A program made the position numbers and the translations under genes. Below, piece by piece: positions 39,490 through 53,599 of a DNA stretch of 64,000 bases (position 1 is its first letter; each line of letters opens with the position of its first letter). Source of the DNA: Tubiluchus corallicola (Eukaryota > Animalia > Priapulida); NCBI GenBank assembly GCA_030141605.1, contig JAQGDQ010000038.1:744001-808000 (forward strand), read 5' to 3'. The notes beneath the pieces are model-generated. The model searched no databases and was not told the origin of the DNA. It was given only the letters and a program-made list of their open reading frames with translations.

Positions 39490-40878
39490 ATGAAGGCTGC
39501 AAAGTCTGCTTTACGGAAAGAAATGAAACAGCGCATTAATTTACTGAACGAGGATGAAAAGCTGAGACAATCACAGATTGTAACAAACAAAGTACAGTAC
39601 TCAGTATTCTAGTTAATAGTAAAAGGCTAGTATTAATGTAATAGTACGTTTTAGTATTATTGTTTACTTCACACTAGTTACCAAATAAGTAAAGCCACTG
39701 ATAAGGCTGAATTGAGGCATAAAGGCAGTGTATTTTTTCAGTTACTGCAAATGCAGAGTTATAAAACCAGCCAAAGAGTGTCAGTGTTTCTTTCAATGCG
39801 AAGTGAAATCCAGACACAGGACATAATTAAGAACATTTTTCATCAAAGGAAAGATTTATTCATTCCTAGATACACAACTGTAGGAGGTAACAAGATGGAT
39901 ATGGTAAGGTAATTTTAGAATCTCCTCTTCTTAACTGTGACAACTTTTTTGATTATTGTTATTTACACAATCAGTTATGCATACTTATTGCTTTGTATGT
40001 GGCGAATTTGTAAGAATAAATTTAAATTGCACTAAATTCTTATTAGACTGGAGTGATTGGTAAATTAAAGAGCTTAACCAACTTTTAGGTTGGCTTCCTG
40101 CGAAACCCGAAAAAATGTTTTTCATTAAATTGAGTATGTAACTTTTAGCCAATAAAGATAAAATTGTGGATAAGCATGTTAATGTGCCACATCTGACACA
40201 TTTTAAGATCAACTACATTTTTGTGGGAGTTCAGTTGTTCTTTCTAAAATTCATTGTTGCTGCTGTTTTAGATTGAACACCTGGGAAGAATATGAAGAAT
40301 TACCTGTGACCAAATGGAATATAAAACAGCCGTCACTGGATGCTCCGAATCAATCAGCTGATGATGCAGGTATTGCCAATTGCTAATTTCATTAATGAAT
40401 TTAATTCTCAAGAAATCGATTCCTTAAATATATGCTTGCCTCAGCACTTTCTCACAACATACTTATTTACATGTTATCAGCAAAACACAATGTACTTGTT
40501 GATACAGATTTTTTTATAAAATGACGTATTTACAAAATACTTGCCAAAGAATATTCAACAGCAGATTTGCACCTCATCCTATAACTGACAGAGTGCTACT
40601 TTATCAACAAAATTATATTATGATTGTTTTATTTTCAAGGCGGCCTAGACTTAATTATAGTTCCTGGTGTAGCTTTCACAAAAGACGGACATCGAATGGG
40701 TCACGGTGGTGGTTTTTATGATGCCTATATCAAAAGATGCACGACAAAATTTGCTCATCGCCCGTACCTCATTGGCATGGCTTTCAAAGAACAAATTGTA
40801 GACAGTGTTCCTATTACTGAACACGATGAACAAATAGATGTAGTTTTATATGAAAGCCGCGATCTCTCTGCCTGCTGA
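39490..40878 (+). CDS. MTHFS: 5-formyltetrahydrofolate cyclo-ligase
   Basis: Exons 39490-39591, 39742-39908, 40272-40369 and 40640-40878. Motifs: MKAAKSALRKEMK, SVFLSMRSEIQT, FIPRY, KWNIKQP, LDLIIVPGVAFTKDGHRMGHGGGFYDAY, EQIVDSVPITEHDEQID. Confidence 0.93.
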
Positions 40879-41670
40879 GAAATGGCTGACATAAGAGATA
40901 CGTTAAATAGTAGTATACATTATATGTACCAAACAACTTTCACTTTTATTCACTTTTGCTCATATTGTGGTATGATTTTAAGTATTGATTCTTATTTCCA
41001 TTTTGTGATGCCATGGATGTAAATTTGCAATAATTTTTATGAAAATCAAAATCATATCCACTCCGAACTTTTACAAGATTGTTAATATTGTATCTATTTA
41101 CCTTATTTGATAGATAATACAGTTTTGCTTTTTGCACACATAATGATACAGAAAAAGAAACTGTTTCAGAAGAAAATTGTTTATTTACAAGCTATACCAC
41201 AATTATTTAAAATTCATTTACAACTTGATTGCATTTTCAGTTTTGAAACGCAATGGAAAATCATTTAAGACTATAACGTAGCCAATTGCAAATATAAAAA
41301 TTATACTTTCTGGTCAAGGTAAAACACTTTTCATCCTTTATTCCACGATCGTAAAAGTGCTGACTGACCAAAGTCTGACTGACGCAGTTGCTGAACCATG
41401 CTAAGATGACTTTGACAATCAGTCATAATGAATGGTATCTATGTTATACTGCAGTACAGTATCGACAACAATAAAATAACTCTGCCACAATACAGCAAAA
41501 TTAAGTAGCTCAAATCTGCTAGTTTCAGGAAAATTTGTAGAACAAGCAACAAGCTACGCTGATAAATTCATTTTGTTCTACTGTGAAATTTTCCCTACAG
41601 CAAAATTGCAATGCTTAAATATGTAACACAAACAAGAAGTGACGTGAAATATGTATGATACACAAAACTT

Positions 41671-44600
41671 TTAACCGGTTAGGTCTTGAGCGTCGAACAT
41701 TGACTGATCATACAGCTCTGCTTTAACCACACGTCCTCCGAAAAATCGCCCATTGAGAGCATTCTTTGCTGCTTCAGCTTCTGAAAGAGCCAAAAAATCT
41801 CTAAATTTGTAAATTCTGGAATAATAAATTTTCTGCAACACAACGATTATTCTATTATAAAAACAGACAACTTGGAAGTATACTAAAATTGTGTCAAAAC
41901 CCCATCAAGCATCCACCAGTAACGATGCATCACACAAATTACTAGTTTTTAATTCTGATAATAATTACTACGTTAAATACTAGCAACCATTTTCCAAAAA
42001 GCAGAAACTATAATTTCTAACAGAAGTTGTAGTTCTAATTACATGTTACATGTAACACGACTGCAAGACTGTGCTGATCAATTCAACTTACCCCTTGGTA
42101 AACTGAATTCTACAAACAGCTTCACAATAACTGCCGCATCCTCATCTTCACCTTGCTTCTCTTGATAAATGATCACACGGTCTACGTTGCCATATCTACT
42201 GCATTCTTCCGTCACTTCAGTTTCAAGGTCATCATCTAAATCCTCTGGACCAACCATGTTCTTCAGAACTAATACTCTTGACTAGGATAAGTCAAAAGAG
42301 AGCACTATGACAACACAATTGGTGCATAATTTTATAGCCACTAAACTACCACATACTGCTTATACGCTGCAGGGTTTCATATCAACCCTATACATAAATA
42401 CTAACATAACAGTCATTTTACTTATTTATATGAACTTTATATCTTCAAGGGACACGAGTTAAACAGAGCCGATTGTATCATAAACTTTCGCACTTGCTCT
42501 TTTGAATACAGAAAATGGGATAAAAACATTTATGAATACAATTTTTATTATTTTGTAATAAAATAAAAAAAAATTGTTGTTGAAAATATGAATGGGTATT
42601 TTACCATTGGGTATCTAGCTTTTTGGCACCAAAGAACTCTGGCTTCTATCATTCAGTGCAGTATGCTTTCAAATACTTTTATTTTAGAGTTAGGTTTAAT
42701 GTAATAATCACATTAAAATATCTTTAAATAACACATTAACATCACAAATATCCACCCACCTCAGACTTTCGTAACAACTTCTGCATGACCATATGTCGAG
42801 CATTGCTTCCACTAATATGCATCTCCTCCTGCTGTTGGAGAGTAAGTGGAAGTTCTGGCTCCTCTTTGGGCGGCTCTTTGGGAGATGACACTTTGGTTGC
42901 TGGAGCAGGGATGCTCGTTATGATTCCTGGAGGTGGAATAACAACTCCTGAGAACCAACATTTAATTAGTGAAATTGTTTGCCCATTAAATACGTGTATA
43001 TTATAAAGAACTTCTCCCGTTAACAGTGTACAAAAAATAAATGCGTATGACAGCTGCTATATCTAAAACTGACAATAACAGACATTCTAAACAAAACAAA
43101 ACTTTGTTACTCTAACCAGATATTTTTAGCCAAATTTGCATGCAGTTTCAGATCTGCATCAAATTGAAACAAAACTTTAGGTAAAATTACAGTACCTGGT
43201 GGTGGAACAATGGGTGATGAAGCAGCTGGCATTCCCGTAGGTAAATTTGCACCTGCTGACATAACAACAGGCTGTGATACAGGCACTAGCCCTGCTGCCG
43301 TTGCTATAGTAGGCAAAGCAATGCCAGGTGGTGGAATAGCAGCGTTGGGAGCTGTGGCGATTGTTGGTACACCAGTTGACATCATTTCATTGGTTGCGAC
43401 AGTGCTTTGTGCCAGTGAAGATGGGGTTGCAGCAGCAATCTTCTCAATATCTTCTTTTGAAGCATCCAGCTTTATTCCTGTTAGAGCCTATAAGAAATGC
43501 ACAAATGAGAAAAAAAATCAAACAAAAGATAGTTGCAATTCGGTTGTCTTCTACAATTACTTGAAAATTTAAAACAATGCAAAGAAATTACAAATGAGTT
43601 AAATTTTGATATAATTTGAGCAATTATGAACTCAAATTATTGGGAACTGCATTTTTTGTTCTATTGTAATTGGAAGTTGAAGAAGATGGACAACCTGTTG
43701 GGTCCGTCCTGCAGCCACTTTCCTTGGTTCTCATGACAAGCATGCCAGTTAAATGAGCTAGCTGTAGTTTTAGCCATGCAAAGTCAGAAGAGTCAATTGA
43801 AATGCCACATAGGCGATTTGAGTTTATTTGGCTACATCTGTACAATAATTGTAACTAAAGTTGAACACTTGTCAGTGCCAAAGAAATCTTGGTTTCACTT
43901 ACTTGCACGTTACTTGTAACTGCCTCCATTGCTTGTATCTTTGCCGTTACAGCTGCTGCTGCTACCGCCGAAGCTGTGGGCATTGTACTTGGTTGAAGGG
44001 ACAGTGCAGCAGAGTTGGGTGAGGTAATTGCCTGTTTAAAGAGAAATAACTAACAAGTTGGTTATCGAGTTTTACCAGAATTCCATCAAAGATATAGATG
44101 TCAATTGACATATGCAACTTTGCTGGATGCATTTCTAAATTAAAATTATATTTTTCACAATTATGTACCATAAAAACATTTTGCAGTAAAAAAAGCTGTC
44201 TGGTAATTATACTGGACACAGTCAAGTCCTTCGCCCAAGAATGACCAAAACACTCACACAGCAATTAATTTCAAAATATGAAGTTGCCTGGTTTACAGAA
44301 AAATTTTGAAATCTCGAACCTCCTTCATTTTTAGTTTGTAAGCCATGTAGTTTGACAAAGGAACTGTTTTTGTGACTTTTAAATTTAACAATATCACAAC
44401 TGTCTATAAGAACACAAAAATCTTACCCGGCCCACCCGCAGATACTGTCCGCCTAAATCAAACAAATTCATCGAACTGATAGCATCAGATGCAGATTGGT
44501 AAGATCCATATTCAACAAAACCATATCCCCTATGTAAGAAAATGATAATTAGTACCATTTCTGTAAGACCACTGCCAAAATTGTGCCTCTTCTGCAAAAT

Positions 44601-47600
44601 CATTCAGGTTAAAGTAAATCTACTTTTCACTAAAGACACTTCAACACCCTTATACCTATGCAGCAAAGCTCATTTATTAAGGTTTCCAAACTTAAAAATT
44701 CCAGGCAGTATTAATCAGCTTAGTATATGCCAAACAGTGATCTTTATCAGACGTGTCATTATAATAAAAGGTAGTTTATAAAAAGATGCACACTTACGCA
44801 ATTTCAATTTATTTATTTATTTACCAATCATAATTAATTAATCTAAAATTATGCTGAGCTACTCAAACTTTGAAAAAATGGGTGATTCTAAACTTGAGCT
44901 TAAAATATCAGAGAAGAATGAGCAATATAAAATAACACCACTTTTCCATACATACTTATGTCGACCTGGGATTGAATCTGGTGCTAATTCACACGAAATC
45001 ACTTTTCCGAATGCCTCAAATACACTGAAAACACAAATACAAATTATTATAAAAAAACATATAGGTACCAAATAATATAATATATATTTCAATATATACT
45101 ACTCTATACAGATATTAGATATGATCACTATCTTCATTATCACTAGTATTTGCTATTGTGTAAAATGAAATGCAATCATAGAATATCTCAAAAACAGAAA
45201 CCAAACAAAAATTTCATTAGTAAATTGGTCTACAATATTGTCTGCGCATGCAAAATACATGATCTCCTTTAATGAGAAAAAGCAACACTAACCTCTGCAC
45301 ATCTTTTTCCGTCAAATCTTGGTGTATGGAGGCAACATAAATCCGGTTGAAATGTTTAGATTCTTCCATAAGGGATTCAATTATTGGCTGGGCTTGAGGC
45401 ATATTGCTCGGCCGACCAACCTAAAAATAAATACGGAAGTGGTTAAGAAGATGCATAGATTTAAATTTCATGCCTGTGCAGAAAGAGATACTGCAATGAC
45501 GAATCTCTTCACTATCAATACTTCATGACTATGTCACTCGATAGCTGTTTTATTCTAACAACTGAATTCAGTTTTTGTATCAAATATGATGCACTATAGA
45601 ATTTGCTTTACAAAATGGCAGCCATTGTTAACTTGACAGATCGCAAGAATGCATTGTTAATCTGCAGTCCATCTCATTTGGAATAAATTTTGCAATTTTT
45701 TTGGTTTTGGAGGTCTGTTGCCACATTAAGCCCCTTTTATTTCTATTTTTGTTGTAGATGCTTTCAAGACCTATCTTTATTAGTCCATAAACCCCAACAG
45801 TTTGTTTCGCGTCTCTGCTGGTTCTAAATTTTTGGTGAATTCTGTTTCAGTTTTTCCTTCAGGCATCTTATTTGAAGAATTTAGTACCAGAAAATTGCTT
45901 TCCTGCCAATTATAATCAGACTTGATCAAGAAAAACAACGGATTCTTATTTTTCCCAACTGGTATATACATCTTCCCTTTTTCAGCCACTTACCTTAAGT
46001 GATCACTAACCTTGTTTACATCACCAATTTATATAAAAAAATCCCCTTGCAACAGACCAGAATATGTTAATCTTTACACACACTTAATTACTTCAATGTC
46101 TGCCAAGTGGCAATATAATTACTGCACGAGATGTGTAATCCTACGATTACAAATTTGTAACCAATAAACAATATAATCTGGCATTATCAAAACGAAATTA
46201 GTATAGCGATAAAATACCTTGATATTTCTGCCCCCGATCATGACGCCATTCATCTGCTCTAAAGCTAACTGAGCAGCCTCAGGTATGTCATATTCCACAA
46301 AAGCAAAACCCTTGTGTTTCATGGTAATCGGATCCCATGACATGTTGACGGACTTTATGGGACCAAACGGTTGAAACGCCTGTCTTATTGTGTCTTCTTT
46401 CAGCTCAAAGCTAATGCTCCCAACATATACTCTGAAAAAGTGGTTACATAAACTGATAGTGTTTGATGAAGCGTGAAAGTTTCAAACAACGATTGTAAAT
46501 ACATGGTCGTCCGGAATACACATTCCCAAACTAACCTATAGCCTTTTATTATGGTAAAGAGATTCGTAAAAGTGACACACATCACCGTGTACCCAGGTGT
46601 CTCCTTTTTCAAAACAGCTATAAATTTCTCTCCAAGTTCTCCTAACACTGGACGTTTTTTGTACATGGTCCAATAGGCATTTTCTCAGGCCTAACTTCTC
46701 AATTTTTTACTGGAACACTGTGTTCAAAAAAAGTCAAAGCAGCACTTGACCATGGTGTTTGAGTGAAATTTATGAATCATTGGAAAGAGGAGAAACCGGG
46801 CAAAACAATAATGTAGGTTCTTTTTACAAATACCTCTACCAAACCAAGACGAAGGCTACATGTTAATTTGAAGCAACTGCTTTTGGACGACCCTGTATGA
46901 ATTGTATTAACAGCCATATTATTATGTAAATACCTATCATTTTTTACCATTGGCTATCATTTTTTATGTTACACAACCATATATGCAAAAGAATTTTTGC
47001 AAAAAGCATCCAAAAATGATTATTTACACATGTGGCTTTACTCACAAATCAGAAAGCCACCATTTGAAAGTCATTTGAAGGGACGTTTTTATTATTTGTA
47101 CTTTACTGTTTAAATATAAGACAAAAAGCACCATGGCAACTTACCTAGAAAATAATTAAAATAATTTTAGAATACTCACCTGCAAGCAAGTACCAAAGCT
47201 TGCTGACGTTGTATGCTTTTCATTTGCTGGAAAAAAGTAAAAGCATAGACTAACCAAGTGAACAAGTGCATAAAAATTTAATATAAATCAGTGCGAGACA
47301 CAACGCAAGACATTTCAAATATATACATATATATATATATATATACATATATACTTTTCAAAAATATCAGCAATATGCACTAAAATGAATCACCATTTGA
47401 TGTATTCACTGATATACAAGTATCAGTCAGCTCAAAAAACTAGAAAATTAACATCTTATAATTATTAGCAATCTCCTGACCTCTAAAAGATTTTGCAGTG
47501 TCTCCTTTTGTCATTAAACATGTACCAAAAAACTAACATCTCATGTGGAACATTGATGGATTTATGCTTATCTCAGCTTTAGCGATTCTTGAATGAATCG

Positions 47601-48551
47601 TTGTTAGGCGTATTCCATCACCTTTTAGGTAACTGCTGATATTGAAAAATTTGAAAATTCTTACCTGTTGTTGATGGGCAATTGTTTGTTTGATCAGTAC
47701 ATGTTTGATGCTCTGTTCCATGGCATACTTTTTAGCTTTTTTCACAAATTCATTTTGCTCTGTGTTCAGTTTGGGGGCTGGTGTTAACAGAGGTAGATCT
47801 TTTTTTGCACCAGAGCCTGCTAAAACTTGCCCAATCTGAAATCAAACAAATCAAAATAATAAGAAAAGGTTATGCCAAAAGATGAACATATTATGAAAAT
47901 TAGAATTCCAAGCACAAAATTTATGCTAATCAGGGAACAGCATTTCATCAGATTTCTTCCAAAAGCCTGGTGAAACAAAATAAAACACAATAGAAATAAG
48001 TACATTTTCAAGATTCAGTTTACAAAAAAATAAATATTAGGCATCAAATTCAGAATGACAATTGGATTCGATGTTAATGAAAATTAGTCTCACTAAAACA
48101 ACAGTAAACAAACAGTCAACTATGATTAAAAATAAATATTGTTATGGGGGCCAAATGCCATTTATTTTCGAACATCTTCTAACTTGTGAATGACTAGTCT
48201 GTGTGAAGCCATTGCATTGAATACTAGGTATAAAATCATCATTATGGAGTAGCCTGGTCGATTCAGTAGATGAACAGGCCAGGCGTTTTTAACATCTCAG
48301 CACCTGTTCCATTCTTGTCAACCAGCATGAAGTACATGAGATAGATTTCTGGCAAGCCTCCTTTTAAATTTCGACTTCCAGATTCTCTGCATATCAGTAC
48401 CATCGTAAACAACATGAATTTTATTTATTCGACAAAATTGCACACGGACATTAACTATAGCAGATGCAGAAAAGTCTGAAGAGAGCACTAACCTGTTCTT
48501 GTTCAGGCAGAGGAGAGTGACTGCGGAACGCTCCAATTGCAGGAGGATCGC
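41671..48551 (-). CDS. PUF60: Poly(U)-binding splicing factor PUF60 / half-pint / rnp-6, conserved core (RRM1, RRM2, UHM)
   Basis: Exons 48551-48493, 47835-47665, 47226-47180, 46431-46218, 45420-45293, 45024-44956, 44529-44427, 44031-43903, 43487-43196, 42947-42760, 42281-42092 and 41780-41671 (TAA). Motifs: [122 protein letters not shown]. Confidence 0.95.
46590..46897. mobile_element. Possible Tc1/mariner-like MITE relic in a PUF60 intron
   Basis: The right end reads TACAGGGTCGTCCAAAAG on the minus strand (TA + CAGGGT, mariner-type); the left end is degenerate. Confidence 0.4.
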
Positions 48552-51418
48552 CTGCAAAGAAAAAACAAACATCAGCACCGAGCTGTATCAAAATAGGAAT
48601 TACAGTTTTCTTTGCCAAGTTCACCTTTAACAACTACATGCAAAGTGCAAGCAAACAACATCAGTTACATAAATACTGTACAAAACATTGCACATCGTTT
48701 TCCATACGTGAGCTGTATATGTTTAGCAAAAACCTCAGAAATTCAAGATATTTATATCTTATTTTGTACATAACCTGATGATTATGGGTTGGTCACAGGA
48801 CCTGTGCATCTTTCGTGACCAGCAACACCAACGGCTACAACCACGATCAAGACATGCTGAGGTGTGCCCATACACATCCTCCAGACTAAGGGTCACATGT
48901 TCGTACACAAAAAAAGAGAAAAGCAATACGTGATTTACTGATTCAGATATCAAACTCAATTGATGCAAAAACTGAGTTCATTAATATTAAATTGTCTTTA
49001 TACTTACAAGACAGCTAGTGCACAGCATTTAACCTAGATATTATTTTTATTTTAGTGATCAGTTACTGATAAATATGAAATGGCCATTTATTTAACAAGC
49101 TACTGTTACTAAAAGTAAAGGAAAGTGACTAAAATACTGAATGTGCTAAAAAGAATAGCTAAAAGTTAGCACTTTCCTGAAAATTAAATTTGTATTATTC
49201 AGAAAAATTTCCATCTTGAAAATCAAAACAAAAGTCATCACAAGCTCCTTAGTACTAATAGCAGTACGTAATTAAGTATTGCATTCTATTCTATAATATG
49301 AAACTACCCGAATTCGCCGTTTGTCAAATGTTTTGCTGGTGTCTGTAAAGCACATACAAAAAAGATAAGCATCTATTGTGAATATATATTACGAGCAAAA
49401 TTAGTAAATGTGTTCTGTTCACTCAGGGTACTTATTTCCATATTGTTTTATGAAATATAAAGGCAACAAATGAACCCAAGTAACTAATACAAATTATCGT
49501 CGTGTAGTCCTGTGCCAAGAGTTACTCTGAGCTTGCAAAACCTACAAAATGGAAAAATAACTACACCCAAATATTAATTTCACAACTTAAGCTAGAATAT
49601 CACTACTAATATCACTTAAGAGTGATAATCTCAATTTATACAAATTTTTGCTAGCCCGACAACATCTTACAAACCCCTGCACTGAGCTATAGAATGTCAC
49701 ATTGTTCATGAAATGCTGCACAAAGTTCAAACATTACACCCAGATGTGTGAAACACTGGTCAACAGAAAATGTTTGACTATAAAATGCCTGCAAAACACA
49801 GACAACTAAAGACATTAATTGTACCAGCAAATCTAATAAAAGTGCATGGCTAAGTTGTTTAAAATAAAATTGGTCAAAGTTTAGGCCAATGAAATCGAAG
49901 AAACACTAAAATGTTTACTTAAAGGTTGATCAGAAACTGCTTTACGAGTCCATGTGCAAACTTACGGCTTTATCTGCAAAACACTATTAAAAACATGGCC
50001 ACCATTAACCAATAATTCAAATGACAGCATCAAGGAGATATTCATTGCCACCAAGTAATCCATAATGTTAATAAACTAAACAAAAACCAGCTAATTATAA
50101 TTTTATTCTATATCCAAGAGAGATGAACTTGCAGTAACTTGGTTTCGTTACACTTAAGCTAGCATAGATTCACATTTGCCAAACTTATGAACGAACTCGT
50201 TTACCACTTTCTTACTGAAGTCACCTAAAATAAAAATCACAGTAGAACAGAAATTCATCCTGGATATTCATTCATCTCTAAGACTTGCACTGCGTGCACA
50301 CAAACACACGCATGGCCACACACATTACACACACTCCTCATTTATAATAGTTAAACAAAGATAATTTTATGAGTAAAATTTCTCATATTGTTTCATTGCA
50401 ATAGTATATCAAGGTCGCAGTAAACTTACAAAGCACAGCCAATAAAGCACAAAAGCAGATGTAAATTTTGATGTAAATTTACAAACTAGAAATTGTTCCA
50501 AGCACTCTACATGTAAGGAAAAGTAACACAAGTAACAAGAAAAGTAAAGACCACGCCGAAAAATGATTTAAAAAAGTCATCTGTTCTGATTTCGCTTTAA
50601 AGAGACATCACTCACTTTAGGACCAGCACTTATACTATTGGGCATGGGCTGACTCTTCAAGGTTCTGTTACTCCAATGCCTGCAAAATGAATCAAAATAT
50701 CCCATATGCGACGATATGGACTGTAACACCTGACAGAAATAACAACTTCCTACTGACTCTATTCATTTGTTAACATTTTCTGTACCTTATAATTGAATTT
50801 TCTAATTATATTAGGTGGATAAATCTTTGCTGCTGCAAGTACTATTACATATATTATACAATATCACATTATCCCGAAGAACTTTTAATAATTCAAGCAA
50901 TGCCCAACAAGCTTGATGTCTAGAACTTCTGAAAAACAGCAGACGAAATGTAAAATGTCACCAGTAAATTAAACATAAAACATGACAACCCAAAACTAAC
51001 TTATTTAAGATAATAATATATGCAGTTTACAGTTATCCAGTAAGTCTATGAGATAAAACGACAATCTCTTGGAACGCCATTCACAACTAGTCCCTTGACA
51101 CTTAGAACTCTGCAAGATACAAAAACCGACAAAACAATGCACACTTTTCCATCTAAGAATACCAAGAGATGTTGAACAGTCAATTAAATCTCATGTCCCA
51201 AAATTAACGTGATTAGTTAAACGTTTCCTCAGGTGCAGTCGAACTTGCATGAATCAGATATATTACAAAACTGCGACAGAAAATAACGAACCACCTCTTC
51301 ATCAATTCTGATACAAACACAGTCTTTCTGAAACACCAAGAAAAGTAGCACAGCACCATTAGGGTAAACAGCACAAACTAAAACAGCATGATACAAAATT
51401 TGTCAGTTCAGTTATAAT

Positions 51419-51823
51419 TAGGGTCCCACAGAATTTTAAAATAAATTTCCCCGACTTTCCCATGATTTTTTTCCCTGACCAAATATTGATTTTCAATGAC
51501 CTAGATAAGCAGAAATTACATACCGGTATACATATTAAAGCATTATAGGCAATCATACATATACTGATATATAATGTGTCGGCCAATCATTATTTTTGGA
51601 ACAGAAATCAAAACTGTGAGCCTGGCATAGCAAAATTTTATTTAAACACGAATCGCTGAAAAACATCGGTTCATGGTGATTATTTTAGCAACCCATTCCA
51701 TTTTCCCTGTTCACCCCATTCCATTGTCAACCCATTTTTACCAAATTATCTTTTTCCCTGATTTTTCCACAACTTTCCAGGAGCCCGTATTTTTCAGGAT
51801 TTTCCCTGACCATGGGAACCCTG
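51419..51823. mobile_element. hAT-like MITE
   Basis: TIRs TAGGGTCCCA ... TGGGAACCCTG with repeated TTTCCCTGA subterminal motifs. Confidence 0.65.
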
Positions 51824-52119
51824 AAGTTACTAAAACCTCATAAGCAGTCTTCGACAAGTCCGCAGATGCAATACTGTACACAGTTTCCTGATAACAATGT
51901 ATATCTGTTGATAACAACTGCTTCCTAGCTCTCAAGTCACATTGATAACAAAATGCCTATATGCGAACATCACTATATTCATTTATGCACTTTTTACATA
52001 AGTGAAACTAAAGTGAATAGCTAATGATAGTCCAAATATACATACGTGTTTTGTCTAATTACATCACATGGATGTCAGTACCTACAAAAGAAATGCGAAA
52101 GTAGTCGGAGGCACGAAAA

Positions 52120-52830
52120 CGTGGATGGCTGACCTATGCAGGCAATGCACGATGTTTAGTGCTTCTGCAAAACGGAGACAACAAAAAAAGAAAAAAAAGA
52201 AATACAAATATCATAAATAGTGGCAGCAAATTCAGAATAACTAAATATCTTTGAGGTTTGATTAGTTTAGTGAGGAAGTTATGACGTATCTTAAAATGCG
52301 ACAAGACAGAAAAATCTTCATTTGAAACATGATGTATGATTAATTAATCATGAAACGCTTGTCCTGACCACCGCAATCACTGTGCAGTATCCTGCCGGAT
52401 CCCTGAGTGCTTAAGTTGTTTTTTCCTGGAAAGCAGCAGAAAAGAAAGACATCCAATGCAGCCAAGACTAGTATAATAATAAATCACCAATAGCTTTGCT
52501 AACAATATTAGATATAGTGGAATACGTTGAACATAACTAAAATATGTTACATGGTTATGACTGGCATAAATTCCATCTCTGATCGATGCTTGGAAAGTTT
52601 GTTTACGTGCTTTTTGATTTCTTTTATACGGAACACATTTCCCTGGAACAATGAGAAAGGCAGGGCACATTCATTAAATTAAAATAATGTGCAGATTATG
52701 AAACCAGTTCTGTATTTATCAGCCCAGTTACTTTCACAAAGAATATGATAGAGACACACAAACTAATACGCATGCTTACACAAATCCACCTGTAAGACAC
52801 ATATATGATTATGCTAAGAGACTGGTATAA
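52120..52830. repeat. Diverged ~700-bp local duplication of 55790-56460
   Basis: Collinear shared blocks: gcttctgcaaaac, aaattcagaat, gacaagacagaaaa, cgcttgtcct, atgcagccaa, atattagatata, atgactggca, tatacggaa, atcagcccagttactttcacaaag. Confidence 0.8.
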
Positions 52831-53599
52831 TGGCTTGAAGAATTTGCATGAACTAAGATTTATTACTAAATCAGAGCTGCTGCTGAGACTTACGACGAAC
52901 CAACTCTTCACCAATTCTGATATAAAAACATAGTCCATCTGAAACATCGAGAAAAGTAGCACAGCACCATTATGACAAAACAGCGCAAACTAAAAAACAA
53001 GCTACACAATTCACAAGTTCAGTTATTCATATCTCACAAACATTCTCCAAAAGATCAACAAGAGTATTATTATATATACATAGGCAAAACCTTAGATTAT
53101 CATCCATGACTCCATTTGATTATATTACACTGTGCAGTAAGAGATCAAATGTTTTAACTATGACTTTGAATGGTTCCTGGTAAGATTACTGCAGTGTTCT
53201 TGCATTTCTTGTGAAATGATTCAATCAGCAACAGTCTGCAAAACACAGACAACAAAACACAAGTGCAAAATCTTTTCACAAACAATGTTTAAATAAATTT
53301 TGAATTTATTACAAACTTATTTAAAAATTAATGTCTGATGCGCGAAAAAATGTTATTCTTTAGAGGCTTTCAAAACCAGAGAAAAGCAAAAAGATACGCA
53401 AATATTGTCTATTTTGACTGTGGTTATAAGTAACAGCACAATAGGAAAATGTATAAGTGCTGACAGGAGTTGCTTCCTTAATTTCTACGACACCGAGAAT
53501 TTATTCATAAAACGATACAAAATGCCCCTACACAAAGACATAGCCTACCAAGTGTGCAAAAATGTCCACTTATCAATCACTTAAGCACGTTTTAAATAA

